Positions 40,321-53,813 of a stretch of DNA of 64,000 bases are shown here, piece by piece. Below the pieces are notes generated by a model, which searched no databases, was not told where the DNA came from, and saw only the letters and a program-made list of their open reading frames with translations. The DNA is from Vicugna vicugna (Eukaryota), in NCBI GenBank assembly GCA_013265495.1, contig MU058103.1, positions 876,870-940,869 on the forward strand, read 5' to 3'. The first letter of the stretch is position 1. Every line of letters begins with the position of its first letter. The translations under genes and the position numbers were made by a program.

Positions 40321-41156
40321 CCCTATCCCAATAATGACCTCTACTACATCTGTGTTGTTCTTACTTTATGTTAAATATGCATAGTTCCTTAGTTTAGTTC
40401 TTATAACATAGCTTCAAGGTTACTATTACTCTGTTCCTTGCCTTTCTCAGAATGTTATCCATGTTATGTGACCTTCTTTAATAACAGAGAACCTCTTTAA
40501 ATATGACTCCCCAAACTGAATTCAATTATTAAATTGGTTTCCAGTCAGTATTTGGTAAAGAGTAACACCTACTTTGGTCTACTTTGTAGAATCAAATTCT
40601 AAATGAACAGAAATATACTGAGTCATTTTGTAAAGCTGTTTCTTTGTAAGTTCCTCAAATACATAAATTTGATAGATTAATATTTTTTATATATTGACTT
40701 TATTTAAACTAAGGCAAACTATCTTGTTTTTATTTTGGAGACTGAAATGTGTGTACCCGCTCTTTTCTCCACGGTAGGCACTTCCAAATCAATTAAGGCA
40801 CACAATCAAATGAAATTAGGAAAACAAAACTTGTTGATATGCCATGTTCATACTGTTAGTTTTTATAATGCTGTAGAAGCTTTTTAGTTAAGTAAATATA
40901 AGTAACATATTCTTAGTATTATTACAGTTTCTTCAATGAATAGAAACCTTGATTTTCCATAATTCTCTTTGGAATGATACTCACATACTTTGTGTTTACT
41001 TAAAAATTTTAAGAAACCATCAAGTTAGGTAACCATCCATTATACCATATTTATTTTCTTCTCTGTATTTGCCAGTCTATTTCACTGTATGTCATTTCAA
41101 CAAATCCTGTATTATGGAAAATGTCATTTTCCATATTTGGGGGGATATATATTTCA

Positions 41157-41265
41157 TTCCTTGTTTATAACAATGACCATCAGGCATTTACAAATATTAT
41201 CAACATACCTGATCTGAATGCCTCTCTTAATCTTGAAATTCCTATAAGAAGTTAATAGATCAAAA
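41157..41265 (+). repeat. Dispersed 109-bp direct duplication, copy 2 (likely donor)
   Basis: Ungapped match to 28395-28503, 94/109 identical by hand count. Confidence 0.9.
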
Positions 41266-41479
41266 ATATTTCCCAGATCTCAACAGTTGCCTTGTCAAAG
41301 TGCACCTGCAGAATCACTTCCCTTCTGAATGACACCACTCCCTCCTTATTCATCCTCTCACCTACTGACTCTCTAGTTTTTGAAACTTTAGTTATATCAT
41401 GGCTCTCTCCTTTGAATATCCTCTAATGTCTAATAAAAATAATAACAATAACAATAGTCATCATCATCATCATCATCAT

Positions 41480-41695
41480 AAAAATAATAAATGTCATCAA
41501 GAGCTTACTGTGAATCAGTTATGATATACAGACTTTTCCTGCTTAATTACTGAACCTCATAACAGCTCTACAAAGTAGGCATTAGAATTCCCATTATACA
41601 GATCAAGGAAGGGAGACTCAAAGATATTAAGTAACTCCCCCAGGGAAACCCATAAAGTAAGTGAGATAAATTTGAATCTGCAACATGTATACCAT
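41480..41695 (-). mobile_element. MIR SINE preceded by (AAT)/(CAT)n low complexity
   Basis: 'cctcataacagctctacaaagtaggcattagaattcccattatacagatcaagga'. Confidence 0.7.
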
Positions 41696-41724
41696 GTTCC
41701 ATGGCATTCAAATGCCTTCAGAGG

Positions 41725-42180
41725 TCATTCAGTAAATATGCCCTGAGTACCCAGGATGTCTCAGGCACCATTTCAGGCACTGGAAGTAGAACAGTGAACA
41801 AAACTAATGACATGCACATTCAAGAAAGTAAGACATTTGCAGAGGTTCAGAATGAGATGATATAATCAAGTCAATAAATGAATGAGATAATTTTAGGTAG
41901 TGATGGATGCCAGGATTAAACTAAATCATGCTGGTAGAATGTGGAGTGTCTGAGTACCATGCCAAGGAGCCAAGGAATACCACTGTAAGTAAGTAAGACC
42001 TGACTGACAAGTAGGGAAAGCCTGATGGACATCAGGGAGTTAAGTGTTACAAGCAAAAAGAATAGCAAGGACAAAAGCCATTCAGAAGAAATATTTGAGA
42101 GTGTTCAAAGAAAAGAAATAGGAAGAATAGAGCCGTTATGGATGGAGTTTAGCAAGGAATGAGGACTATTGAAGTGTTGT
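41725..42180 (-). mobile_element. L2 3' fragment
   Basis: 'cattcagtaaatatgccctgagtacc...caggcactggaagtagaacagtgaacaaaac...gataattttaggtagtgat'. Confidence 0.8.
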
Positions 42181-42827
42181 TATACATAATAATAATTCTT
42201 GGAATAAGATGGGAACAGTGGAGAGGGAGAGCAGTAGTTATATCAGGAATCAATTTTGAAGCTTCTCAATCCAATTCAAAGTTTATTATCCTAATTTTAA
42301 CCCTTCCCTTTCATGCACTCTGATTTCCACTTATGCCAAGGAACTTGTCAATCCACACAAGGTCCTTATGCTGATTTTCACACTCACTTCTTTCCAAAGT
42401 CTGTGGTTCCTTGCTTCCAGATGTTTCTCTCAGGATACTTCTACTTTTTGGTTAAATCACAAATTATAGGTTATTTTATATTTATTTTCCAAGCTTCTCC
42501 TTTCCCCCTCATCAGAACTAACCAATTCTTTTCTCTTTTGACATTTTTAAGCTACTCTGGATGGTTTCATGACTTAAGTCTCACACTTTAATCTCTCCCC
42601 TTCTAGACTAAACTTCTTGAGGGAAGAATCATCTCATATATTTCTGCAAATGACCAATGTGCATATAGTAGGACACAAAAATTGTACATTACATTAAAGT
42701 AGGTGCTCACAAGAAGAGATGACATCACTCCACGCTGTCTTCATCCTTTATCTCTTGGCTTTTGCAATGGTGGTGACTTTTCCAAATGTACTCTATAAAT
42801 ATACTCATGGTGTCATAATAAGCATGT

Positions 42828-43316
42828 TGTATCATTTTTTGATTGATGCTGTAACAAATTATCACAAATTTAGTGGCTTGGAACAGCAAATGTTATCATC
42901 TTACATTTTCGGAGTTCAGAAGTCCAAACCACTCTCACTGAGTTAAGGTCAAGGTGTTGGCAGGATTGGTTCCTTCTGGAGACTCTAGGATGAATCCGTT
43001 TCCTTCCCTTTTCCAGCGTCTAGAAGCTACTTGTATTCTTTGACTCATAGCTCTGTACTCCATCACTTCTCCTTTTGCTTCATTTGTCACAGTGCCTTCT
43101 TCTCTGCTTTTGAACCTCTTGCTTCTCTCTTATAAGCACCCTGTGATTACATTGGGCTCACACAATTAATCAAGATAATCTCCCCTCTCAAGATAATCAA
43201 AATACCTAGTTAATTCGTATTTGCAAAGATACATTTACCATGTAAGGTAGCATATTTACAGGTTCCAGAGATGAGGATGTGGACAGCTTTGAAGAGTCAT
43301 TATTTAGCCTACCACA
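42828..43316 (-). mobile_element. MaLR solo LTR (MLT1C/D-like), complete, TG...CA ends
   Basis: 'gctgtaacaaattatcacaaatttagtggctt...tggttccttctggagactctagg...gattacattgggctcac...tttagcctaccaca'; 5-bp flanks catgt/tgtgt. Confidence 0.9.
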
Positions 43317-43559
43317 TGTGTCTCATGGTGTATCATCAGTCTTTGAACTCAGTAGAGTATTTCATCAGAAAACATCACTCCCACTTGGTAAGAGTCACTT
43401 TTCTGCTGGCCTTTGTGACATAGCCTGGTTATTCTTAGCAGATTGTTTCTTCTCACTCCTTTGTGAGTTTCTTTCCATCCTTTCGGTAAAGGTCAATCTT
43501 CATCACGTTTTCTCTACAGCTACTTATATAAAGAAAATTCGGGTGAATGTTTGACAATT

Positions 43560-43822
43560 AAGTAATGATAATAAGACCTGACTCTTATGGAGCACTTAAT
43601 GAGAGTCAGGAACTATTCTAAATGTTTCACATATGTAATTGCATTTAATTCATGCAATAATGCAATAAGTTAGGTGCTGTCATTAATTGCATTTGCCTGA
43701 AGAAGAAACAGGCAGAGAGGAGATGTAACTTGCCCAAAGTCAAGAGTTAATAAATGGGAACATGAGATTCTAATCCAGGCATTTGATTCCAGAACCTGGG
43801 CTCCAAACTGTGGTGCCATACT
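43560..43822 (-). mobile_element. MIR SINE
   Basis: 'ttatggagcacttaat...gaagaaacaggcagagaggagatgtaacttgcccaaagtca...tctaatccaggcatttgattccaga'. Confidence 0.85.
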
Positions 43823-45299
43823 TCCTGCATGAATGGAGAAAAGATCATAAATGATTGATTATATATCACTGACTGTCCATCTGCAACTCTAGCCCCAATC
43901 TGTCTCTGGAGTCCCCAAACCACTCTCCTGCTGTCTGTGCTCAACAATTGTTTCTGGATAGTCTTCAATTTGAAATTGTATAATATTATGACAATAGTGA
44001 AGTTTAAAATGGTTACTCTTTATTATACTTGTACTTTGTTTCAGGCTCTGTAGTGGATGTTGTACCTAAATATGTTGTTATTTTGTTTTGTTTTGTTTTT
44101 TTCACTTAATTTAGTTTCCACAATTACCTGGCAATGCAATTGTTACTTTTTCTACTTGACAGCCAAGGAATCTGAAGCCTAGAGATTTTAAGCAACGTGT
44201 TACCCCACCAGCAAATGGCAGATTCAAAGAGAACATTCTTTTGTTTACGCCTAGAAACCTCATTTATAATCTATTCAACATAACTCCTCAATTTAACTAT
44301 CCTGTTTCTATTTTTCTGATAGTCAGAAAAAAATTGAATAGTGAGTTCTGGTACTCAAAATCTCACAGTCATGCTTGCTTTTGCTTTTTCTATGGCAAAA
44401 AATATTTAGTCGTAGGATAAGTCAAGTTTCACACGCAGCATTGCTCATATGGGGACATATGCCTTCTTGCTGACCATCTTCACAGTCAACCACCTAATGA
44501 AGGTTCTAGTTACACCTCTGATAGCATCTAACTGATGTCTACATCCTGTCCTCTTGCCTCTTCTCAAAATGCCATACTTTGATTTACTCCCAAGTTTATT
44601 CTCCTAAAGCATAAATTCCATTATTTTTTACTTCCCATTTAAAGTAATAGAGTTTATTTGACACTTTTCTATGGATCAAATGTCCAGCCAAATTGGCATT
44701 ATTAAATCAGATCAATAGATACCTTTAGTCCTTTACCATCTTTATTATATTTCTCATTTAATTCTTTCCTCCTGTATGACTGAATTTCTGTTTGTTTGTC
44801 CTATGTATCTGGAGTCCTGTGGGATCAGGATGTGCCATCTGTGATTGCTTCTCATATTGGGAGCTGCATCAAAGTGATGATCATGGTGATGAGGGTAGTA
44901 GTGGTAATTGATAACTTATTTTGAGCACAATACTATGTACATACTTCAAATAGGGCGTTTCTTCATAGTCATGACCACCATACACAGCATAGACCTAAAG
45001 AGAAGTTGAGTTAATTACTTCAAGTTAAAACATAAGCAGTAATATTTTGTAAATATCCAAGTCCATTGACTTCAAAGTCTCCCTTTTCAGTTAACAACTA
45101 TGTGATACTTTCCTCTATGATCTCGGGTTGTTGGGAGTGGGATGATGTTTGATAGACTATTCAGCATGGCCAGAGGATGTTCACTTGATAGCAGAAATTC
45201 TCATTAACCAAGAAGGAAACAAAATTTATTGCCAGGAAAACAGTACCAGGTGTTAGATCTGAAGGTCCACAGTAAGAAGAATGGGTTAACATTTTCACA

Positions 45300-45500
45300 G
45301 GTCTAATTATGTGCACTGTCCTAATACTTTGTGTGAATTAATTTGTCTTCTTAAAAACAAACCTATGCAATAGTTGCTGTTATTATTCCCATTTCATAGA
45401 TGAAGAAACTGAAGCACAGAACAATGATGTAATTTACTTAGTATTTGGTCCTAGTTGGTCTGGGTGCAGAGTCCACGCTTATGACAACTGTGCTATACTG
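45300..45500 (-). mobile_element. MIR SINE
   Basis: 'tgttattattcccatttcatagatgaagaaactgaagcacaga'. Confidence 0.8.
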
Positions 45501-46372
45501 AATCCTGTGTAAGTTAGCATGAGCATAGAAGCATAGATAATGAGATCAAATGCTGGGCAAATGAGAGCCGTTTGCAATACAAGATGTGAACTGGGTCATG
45601 GAATACAGTTCGTTACCTAAGCTGTGACAGAGGTGAAGAACAGAGGCTTGGTTTCCCATGTTGCCTTTTATGAAGTATCCAGGAGGGTCTGAGAGTTTAA
45701 GCAACCCCTGGGGGAAAACAGTGTGTAGTTTTTAGGCCCTTCTCAAACTCCATTAAAGTCATCAAACTATGCCCGATCTCCTAAACAGAATATAATTTCT
45801 TCTTTCTTTAATCCCTCAGTGCACTTTCTTACAGTTCTTATAGCCAGGGAATGACCTTCCCTCCTGCAAGAGAAAACAGAAACAGAGAGCAGCATGGCAG
45901 CCCAAAGCACAGTGACTAAAGAAGGGGGGATAATGCAGACTCAATTCAGGGAGGTTTTACAACCTGGAGAACCCTTTCCCAGTGAGTGGAAACAGACTGG
46001 GTCTTGTCACCATGAGGTGATTGAAGTCAGGTAGGCAGAGGTGTTCTGGTTCTGGACCATCGATCTGTCTGTTACTACGAATATCACTAGACATGTCACT
46101 GAAATGCTTTTAACGTTTGCAAGGTCCCAGATAAACAGGACTGAGTATTGCTCCAGTAATATAAGGAAACCAGGGAGTTGGTGAATTCAGGGGATACGAG
46201 AACTGAATGAGACTGGAATACAAAGAGGTGATTTCAGTTTAATCAGGGTTCAGGTACACAGGTCTCATGCTAAAACCAGGCACTGTATCTTTGACAGCAA
46301 GATTAACATTAGATCGTATTACTTGTTGAAATGAGGATGCAGTCAACAAGTGTTCAAAGTTAACAATTATTT

Positions 46373-47192
46373 AAAAATGGATAAATGACTTGAATAGACA
46401 TTTCACCAAAGTACATATATAAATGGCCCATAAGTGTATGAATACATTTCAAAATCATTAATAATCAGGGAAATTCAAATAAAAACCACAATAAAATAAC
46501 ACTTAACATCGAGATGACTATAATCAAAAACTCAAATAGTAATGAGTGTTAGTAAGGATGTGGCGAAATTGGGGCCCTCCTATGCTTCTGGCAGAAATGT
46601 AAATGGTATGTCTGCTTTGAAATCTTTTGGCAGTGATTTAAAAAAGTTAAATATAAATTTACCATATGATCCTGCAATTCTGCCCCAAGAAATCTACGCA
46701 AGAGAAGTGAAAACATGTCCACACACTTGTATGTGAATGTTCATAGGAGCATCATTCATAATAATAAAAAAATTAAAATAACCCAAAATGCCCATCAACT
46801 AGTAAACAGATAAAATGTATCCTATCATACAATAGAACACTATTCATTTAAAACAGGAAACAGTGATACATGCTAAAAACATGCGTGAACCTCAGAAATA
46901 TCTGTGCTCAGTGAGAGAAGCTAGACGTGCAAGACCACGTACTGTGTGATTCTGTTTATATGGAAGATCCAAAACCATCAAATCTATTAAGATGAATGTA
47001 GATTAGTGGTTGCCTGAGGCTGGGAATGGGAACAAGTGTGGCTGCAAAATGCAAGAGGGAGTTTTTGGAGTAATGGAACTATTACAAAATTAGATTATGC
47101 TGCAGGTTGCAAAATTTAATTTACTTAACAATCATTCAACTATATGGTTAAAATGGGTAAATTTTATGGTCTGCAAATTATTTCTCAACGAA
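46373..47192 (+). mobile_element. L1 (L1MB-like) ORF2 end and 3' UTR
   Basis: 'gacttgaatagacatttcaccaaag', LKKLNINLPYDPAILPQEIYAREVKT remnant, 'gattagtggttgcctgaggctggga'. Confidence 0.9.
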
Positions 47193-47196
47193 CTTT

Positions 47197-47357
47197 GGGG
47201 GAAGGTGTAGCTCATTGGTACAGTAATGCTTAGGACGCACGAGGTCCTGGGTTCAATCCCCAGTACTTCCATCAAATGAATGAATGAATGAATGAATGAA
47301 TGAACAAACAAACCTAATTACCCCACCCCACCCCCCAAAAATCTTTAAAACTTTAAA
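47197..47357 (+). mobile_element. Camelid Vic-1-type tRNA-Ala-derived SINE with (TGAA)n middle
   Basis: A box 'tagctcattgg', B box 'ggttcaatcc', tail motif 'aaacctaattacccc'; TSD aaattatttctcaacgaa (47175-47192) / aaattatttctcagtgaa (47358-47375). Confidence 0.9.
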
Positions 47358-48023
47358 AAATTATTTCTCAGTGAAATATGAGTATAAGCTTATTTATATA
47401 TAAATATAAATATATATGTATATATATATTTTTTCAATAGTAGACATTTTACAGATAATCAGTGGTAGTGTAAAGAATCGTATTCAGTGTGCTGAATGCA
47501 AATTTCAGATTCTGTAAATAAGAGTGGAATCCCATTATATGCAGCTTTAATGCAAAATCATATCAAATGCAGGAAAATAAACAACCAACTTACAAATAAA
47601 ACAGATGGAACAATAGAATGTTTTGAATTACCCCATCAGTCTTCCAAACCTTAGCTCTCACTGTACTGGGGAATTGGGGAGGTACTTGGGGGTGACGTAT
47701 TGAATGAACTGTGATCAGAATGCAAGAAAAAGCTAAATAAATTGAAACTATTTTCAAGAATTATTTTGATTATGCAGTATTTTCTCTTGATGTATGAATA
47801 TAGAACTTAACCCCTATATAAATATGATTTTGTTGTACTAAAAATTCTTCAAACTTTAGGGTAAACTTATGACAACTATAAATATTCACCTTTAAGATAA
47901 AAACTTTTTTTAATTGCTTCAAATGATAGAATACATAAGTAATGGTGTATTAACTATAGCTCACCTTAAACTATTTCTACCACTGTATAGATAAGAGATA
48001 TGCTTTAAAATGTTGTTTATACC

Positions 48024-48514
48024 TGTGATAGATAAAAGAATGGCCCCCTAAAGATGTCCACATCCTAATCCTCAGAACCTGTTAACATGTAATTTTATAA
48101 AAAGGACTTTTCAGATGTGATTAAGTTAAAGGTCTTGAGATGGGCAGATTATAAGGACAAGGATCTTTATCAAGGAAAGGGGAAGCGGGAGAGTCAGAGA
48201 CAGGCAAGGAGAAGTCACGATGGAAGCAGAGGTCAGAGAGAGAGAGAGATTTGCAATTTGTAGATGATTCACTGCTGGCCTTGGAGATGGAGGACGGGGC
48301 CATGAGTCCAGGGATGCAGGTGTCCTCCTGAAGCTGGAAAAGGCAAGGAAACAGGTTTTCCCTAGAGCCTCCAAAAGGAACACAACTCTTCTGACCCCTT
48401 GATTTTAGCCCATTTCTGACTTAGGGGTCCAGAAGTCTAAAATAATAACTTTGTATTGTTTTAAACTGCTAAATTTGTAGCGATTGTTACAGCAAAATAT
48501 AGGAAGCTGATACC
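48024..48514 (+). mobile_element. MaLR solo LTR (MLT1D-like)
   Basis: 'aatggccccctaaagatgtccacatcctaatcctcagaacctgt...gctggccttggagatggagg...gctggaaaaggcaaggaaacag...ttgttacagca'. Confidence 0.92.
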
Positions 48515-49269
48515 ATAGCTGGTCTGGTTTTCCTCACAAGCTCCCACCAAATAGTCAGGAAAAAAAAAGTAAATAAAACAAAACAAAAAAAGAAACTACA
48601 AAATTCTAACTCAGATTCAAATTCTTCCAACATGGTAAATTAAAAAGTGATTTCCAGTAATGCTAAAGGATGCTATCCAGGAAAGTAAAATAAAATAAAA
48701 TGCCAAGTCTCACAAATTTGGTGTCCTTTCCCCTGTTCTTCTCCCAAACACACCATCTATAGGTTTGGCTTAGGAAATCGTCAGCTCCAAGCGTTCAATT
48801 AGCACAGAATTAAATATTAAGAACTTAGGACGCTGACATCTTTTGACTGTGGTTAAGGCTCCAAATAATGTCAGTATCTCTGAATTTCTTTTGATCCTGG
48901 GCTCCCAGTCACAGGATGGCCAGACACACTTTCAAAACAGGAAGAATGACAATGGGGATCATTTGGAAGCATAAACCTCTGTCTCATATCAGGAAAAGCA
49001 AAAAATTTTCTTGAAAACATTGTCATGGATCATCACTTGGATCTGTGTCGATTTCTATCTAGAAGAAAAGAAATTGGGAGGAGGGCATAAATAGCATGAG
49101 GAAAAAGATGCAGGGCTTTGTGGAATCATGGCAGAGGGAAACTCCAGGCTCTCTACGTACCGAGCCTGCTGGCCTCTTGGCAAGGTGGCCACAGTCCACT
49201 TGCTGCTTGCCTGGCTGGCTGGCCTTTACCACTGAAACCTGGGCTGGTGCACCCCCCTTGGAATACTAG

Positions 49270-50000
49270 TTTCTCTTTGCCACCAGTTACAGGGCTGGCA
49301 GTGCCTGAAAATGGGCTGGATGGCCCAGAGCTAAAAATTGACAATTTCAGGAGTAGGAAAACCCATCATTCATTGGCGCTGGGTGACAGAGTATTTCTAC
49401 TCTAGACTTTCTCTATGGGATCTGGGTGAAGCACCCTGTTGTCCTAAGGAATAATTATGTTACTTAATTTTATTTTGGATGATCTGTCAGATGTGGACAT
49501 GGAATATCACCACAGAGAGGTGCATTAAATTGAATTTATTATGCTCACAAGTCCTAAAAGAGGGAGACTGGGCATGCCCAGCAGGGCACCCGATAGGAGG
49601 AGAGTCAAGAATGTAGGCTCCACCAAGCAGGTGGGGAGCAGAGAGAGGATGAGAACCAGTGGGCAAGTGCTTTTATTGGGGGTCAGTGTGGAATACACAA
49701 ACAAAAGGTGTGAAGGGATTGTATTGATGTGTGTGGATGTCATTCGGTCCGGGTCAGAGGAGAGCAGAGGGAAACTCCAGGCTCTCATAGTCTGTTTGTG
49801 GGGAGGTTGAAGCATCAGAAAAGATGAATTTTTTAAAACTGACAGTTTGTATCCCCATGTAGAACTTTGTCTGAAATCCCACCTTTTCTTTACCTCTTTT
49901 CCTGCCCTTTGGTGCTTCCCCTACCCCCTTACTCATTTCCCCTAGGAAGAATTTCTAAATACGTCATTTGCCAAGAATCCATGCTGTTGAGTCTACTAGT
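49270..50000 (+). mobile_element. ERVL LTR (LTR16/LTR33-like) split by a nested LTR
   Basis: 'gggatctgggtgaagc' before and 'actttgtctgaaatcccacc...tgcttcccctacccccttac...gtcatttgccaagaatcc' after the nested element. Confidence 0.55.
49458..49844 (-). mobile_element. ERVL LTR (MER54/73/74-like)
   Basis: TG...CA ends; 'tttattatgctcacaagtcct', minus-strand AATAAA ('gcttttattggg'), end 'gcatcagaaaagatgaattttttaaaactgaca'. Confidence 0.65.
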
Positions 50001-52060
50001 TGCACAGTCATTTCAAATATTGCTGTTTTAGAAAGATCTGCCGTGTTAAACTGTGTTCCTCTTGTCACACTTGTGGTCAGACTGTCAAGGCTGTGAAAGA
50101 CAGGATCTTGGATCTCTATGGAGTTACTCAAGTTACAGTACTGGTGTGCGCAACCTCAAAATATGTGTGAGGAAAAAATGTCAAAAATACAATTTTATAG
50201 ATGTCCTTAAAAACCCAAGTTTTCCCAAATTTAAAGCATCTTTTTTCAAATAACTGTATCTACAGAGGAGTATATATAGACCATAAGTTCCTAAATTATC
50301 CTTTTATTTACAATGGAATTGAAAAGTGAGTCAACATGAAGTAAAGCCAGTTGTATAATTTCTTTTCTTTTTTTCTTTTTTCTTTTTTTTGGCAAAGGGG
50401 TTGTTTTCCTTTGGGGGGGGAACAGTAACAAAACTTGACTTTGCCAAAGGCTATCCCTAGAACATCTCATTTTTAAGGCTTAAAATAAATTTTTAGGCTT
50501 AACACAGACATGCAAAGATGTTTCTCTTTGTTCATTCCCTAGTCCTCAAAGGCAGTCTGGGGACTTTCAGAAGTGTGAAAAGTTCATGCTTATCAAAGAA
50601 CATTCATCACAATTACTGAAAAATTATTTTTTCAGAAATCAAAATAAAATAGTCTTTCTTCCCTATTCTCCCTCAAACGATGACCCTAGGTGATGGTTAT
50701 CAATGTCAAAAAAATATTTTCTTACCAGAAAGAAAACTGATAAAGAGTATCTGTCATTTTCCTTTTATTCACTATTTACAGTTATGAGAGAAAAATGATT
50801 TATGATTACTGTAATTATCTCTCTTTAGGAGAGCTACACTAATTACGTGATTTTTTTTTCACCATTTTTCTTTCTACAAGCTTCTGGTTAATCTAAATGG
50901 AAGTGTATTAACAATTTTGTACCCCATTACTTTTCAAACCTCTGTGTTGGTCACACATTGAATGGTCCAGGGTCAGTGAACCCATCAAATCTGTTCATCA
51001 CACGCATGACGTTTGTGGGCCAATATACTCACGCTTGTGATATAAAGACTTTACCTCGATAGATAGTATCTTCATAGATGCTTTGAGGGAGTCTACAGGA
51101 AATGAGTATTGGGCAAAATGTTTTGTAATCTGTCATTTCACCATAATGACAATAAGTCTTAGGAGTCAGTCTGGGATGTATTAGCTGAGTTAATATTACC
51201 AGCAACAGATCCCTTTCATTTTATGACTATATCACATGTATAACACTAGATTTCTCTATTGTTCCTTGTGATTTATCTCTTTTTAAACTTTTTTTTTTTA
51301 TGGTTTCATTCTGCTGTTGCCTCTTCCACTGCAGAAACTGCTTGGAGCCATAAAGAAAATAGAATATTGTTTCAAATTTAACATTTCCTTGAAATGAAAT
51401 TTCTGAATGCTTACTTTAAAGAATATATATATTTGTTTAAATACTACTTTTCTAAGGTAGCTTTATTTAGGTAGCATCAAAGCAGTTGCAGCTACAAATT
51501 TAAAATTTTCACTGGTAGATGACATTGGGGTAGGAAACAAAATGCCATCTCTTCATAGACCTCCAAAGATAAGAAGTAGCCCTTACTGAAGACACTGAAT
51601 TAATATTTTTTAAATGCTGTCTTTCACTTGGTGTTTAAATGATTTTACATTCTTGGGCAACCCTGAAGTGGTTTCTTTGCCCTCTTACGCACCCCGGCTA
51701 TGAAGTGGGTACTGTTATTTTTCACTTTAAATGCAAGGAAGCTGAGTCTCACAGAAGGGAGTGGCCTTCCCAGGAGCCAAATAACTACTAAGGGGAAGAA
51801 GCATCTCAAATGACATTTTCCTGCCTCTATGATACTCGAGTTAATCCCTTTGCTCCTCCTAAGATCCATGTGGAATTGGAACATTAGAACATCATTCACA
51901 CATTAAAATCTACGTGTGAGAGATTAAGTTAAATGTCAGTAAACAGCAGAGCCAACAAATGAAACTATCTTCCTTTTTCCAACAAACAATTATAACCTTC
52001 ATTAAAGTACACCTGAAAGACAATGTTCATATGTGTTCTTAATTTAAAAACTAATAATAA

Positions 52061-52187
52061 GGGGCTGGTATAGCTCAGTGGTGGAGCATGTGCTTAGCAT
52101 GCACAAGGTCCTGGGTTCGATCCCTAGACCTCCTCTGAAAGGAAAGAAATAAATAAACCTAATTACCTCCCTCCCCCCAAAATAAAG
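52061..52187 (+). mobile_element. Camelid Vic-1-type tRNA-Ala-derived SINE
   Basis: Head closely resembles tRNA-Ala(AGC); A box 'tagctcagtgg', B box 'ggttcgatcc'; tail 'aataaacctaattacctccc'; perfect 15-bp TSD aaaaactaataataa (52046-52060 / 52188-52202). Confidence 0.95.
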
Positions 52188-53813
52188 AAAAACTAATAAT
52201 AAACCCATGTGAAAAATTTTAAAGAACTCTGTCCCTCACAGAGGTCCAAGATTGTATCTAATTTAATGAATGGTTAAAAAAAAAAAAAGAAAAAAAGAGG
52301 AGAGGGGCTGAGAGCTTGGATTATCTCAAATAAATGAGTTATTTAGTTTGCTCAAAGGAAATGAAGGTAAACAAGCAAACAAGGGAATAGGTTCACAGTT
52401 AGGTCCTACTGTTGTCAAATCAAACAGTAACAGCCAAAGTGAGGCTGATTTGTCGTGTTGTCTAAAATAAATTACCATGTCACCTTGAGTGACTCCTTTG
52501 AGAATAACAAAATCACATGCTCATGAATATATTCATCCATAAGAATTAAATGTGGAAAAGTATTAAGCTGACCACAATACTTCATGCTAACAAACAATGA
52601 GAAAATGAACCTTTTTTTTTCCTTTTTTCTGGTTTTTACATTAACTTTCTCTTTTTATTTGTATTGGCTTCAGACCTTGTGGCTCTCACCAAAAAAAATG
52701 GATTGACATGCTATTGTAGCTTTTGTTTAAGATTGGGAAGATGGTGGGAACTGGACCAGTGGACTATTTTATATAAATATATATGTATTTGCATATATAT
52801 ATGCAAGAGCTTTATACACAGTAATTATTTCTCACATTTTTCTTACAAACAAAATTTACCTCTCACATGTTTTATAAGCAACTCAACAGAAGGCAATTTA
52901 TTTAGGGCAGTTTTCATTGCAAACAAATAATGATTTTGACTATTTGTGTTGGGAAAGGGTAAAAGGATGTTGAGCATGTATAAAAAGAAATTCAAAAAGC
53001 TAATAAGAAAATGAGCTATTAACTAGAAAATAATTCTAAAACTTGTGGGAAAATATTCCTATCCATATGTGTTAACAGAGTTATTTAAAACTCTGAATTT
53101 AGGAAAGTAGTAATTCAATTCAATTTCACAAAAATTGAGCTCCCAAAATAGGTAAAGCTTTATTATAGGCATTAGTGAAATGCTCTGCAGAAAGGGATAA
53201 GGGAGGAAGAAGCAGCATGAGAGAGACATGGTCCTCACTCTCAAGTCCTTTACAATCTAGGGGGGTCAACAACAATACTCTTCAAAATAATTCAAATACG
53301 TGTATCACTTAGACTTTTAAAAATGATTTCTCATTCATCATGCCATCTTGTCCTCTCAACAACCCTAAATAATAGACCAGAAGTGTGTTATTCTCCCCTA
53401 GTTTACATAAAAAGGAGAGGGGCAAAGGTGGGAGAAATTAAATGTCTGGCTTATGTCACTCAGCCGAACCCCAGGATGGAACAGGGACTTAGGTTAACTC
53501 CGCTCTTTGCAAAGGTCATAGGATGATGGAGAGGAACTCAGCCCATTTGGACAGCTCACAGGCTCAGATCCTTTATTCTGTCCCTTGCCATGCAGGATCT
53601 TCAAGAAATATAAGTACAACTGAGTCAGAGTGGGAGTAATTTTCTTTGACTGATGAATCTGAGGAGAAAATATTTAGGAAAACAAATATTTTCTGCAAGC
53701 TGAGTTAAAAAAGAAAATCTGATTCTTGATCAAGTCAACACCATCAACACCAACAGGGGTGTGACTGAGTCTGCAGGGCATCTTAAATGGAAGGAGCTGC
53801 TCTGTCAGGAAGT

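Noticed and set aside
41157..41265. Duplicated 109-mer as a C/D-box snoRNA pair
   Set aside because: CTGA motifs are present but there is no RTGATGA box C or terminal stem.
52061..52135. Apparent tRNA-Ala(AGC) gene (also at 47197 and 56568)
   Set aside because: Disrupted stems, a shared non-tRNA tail, A-rich ends and TSDs show these are SINE copies.
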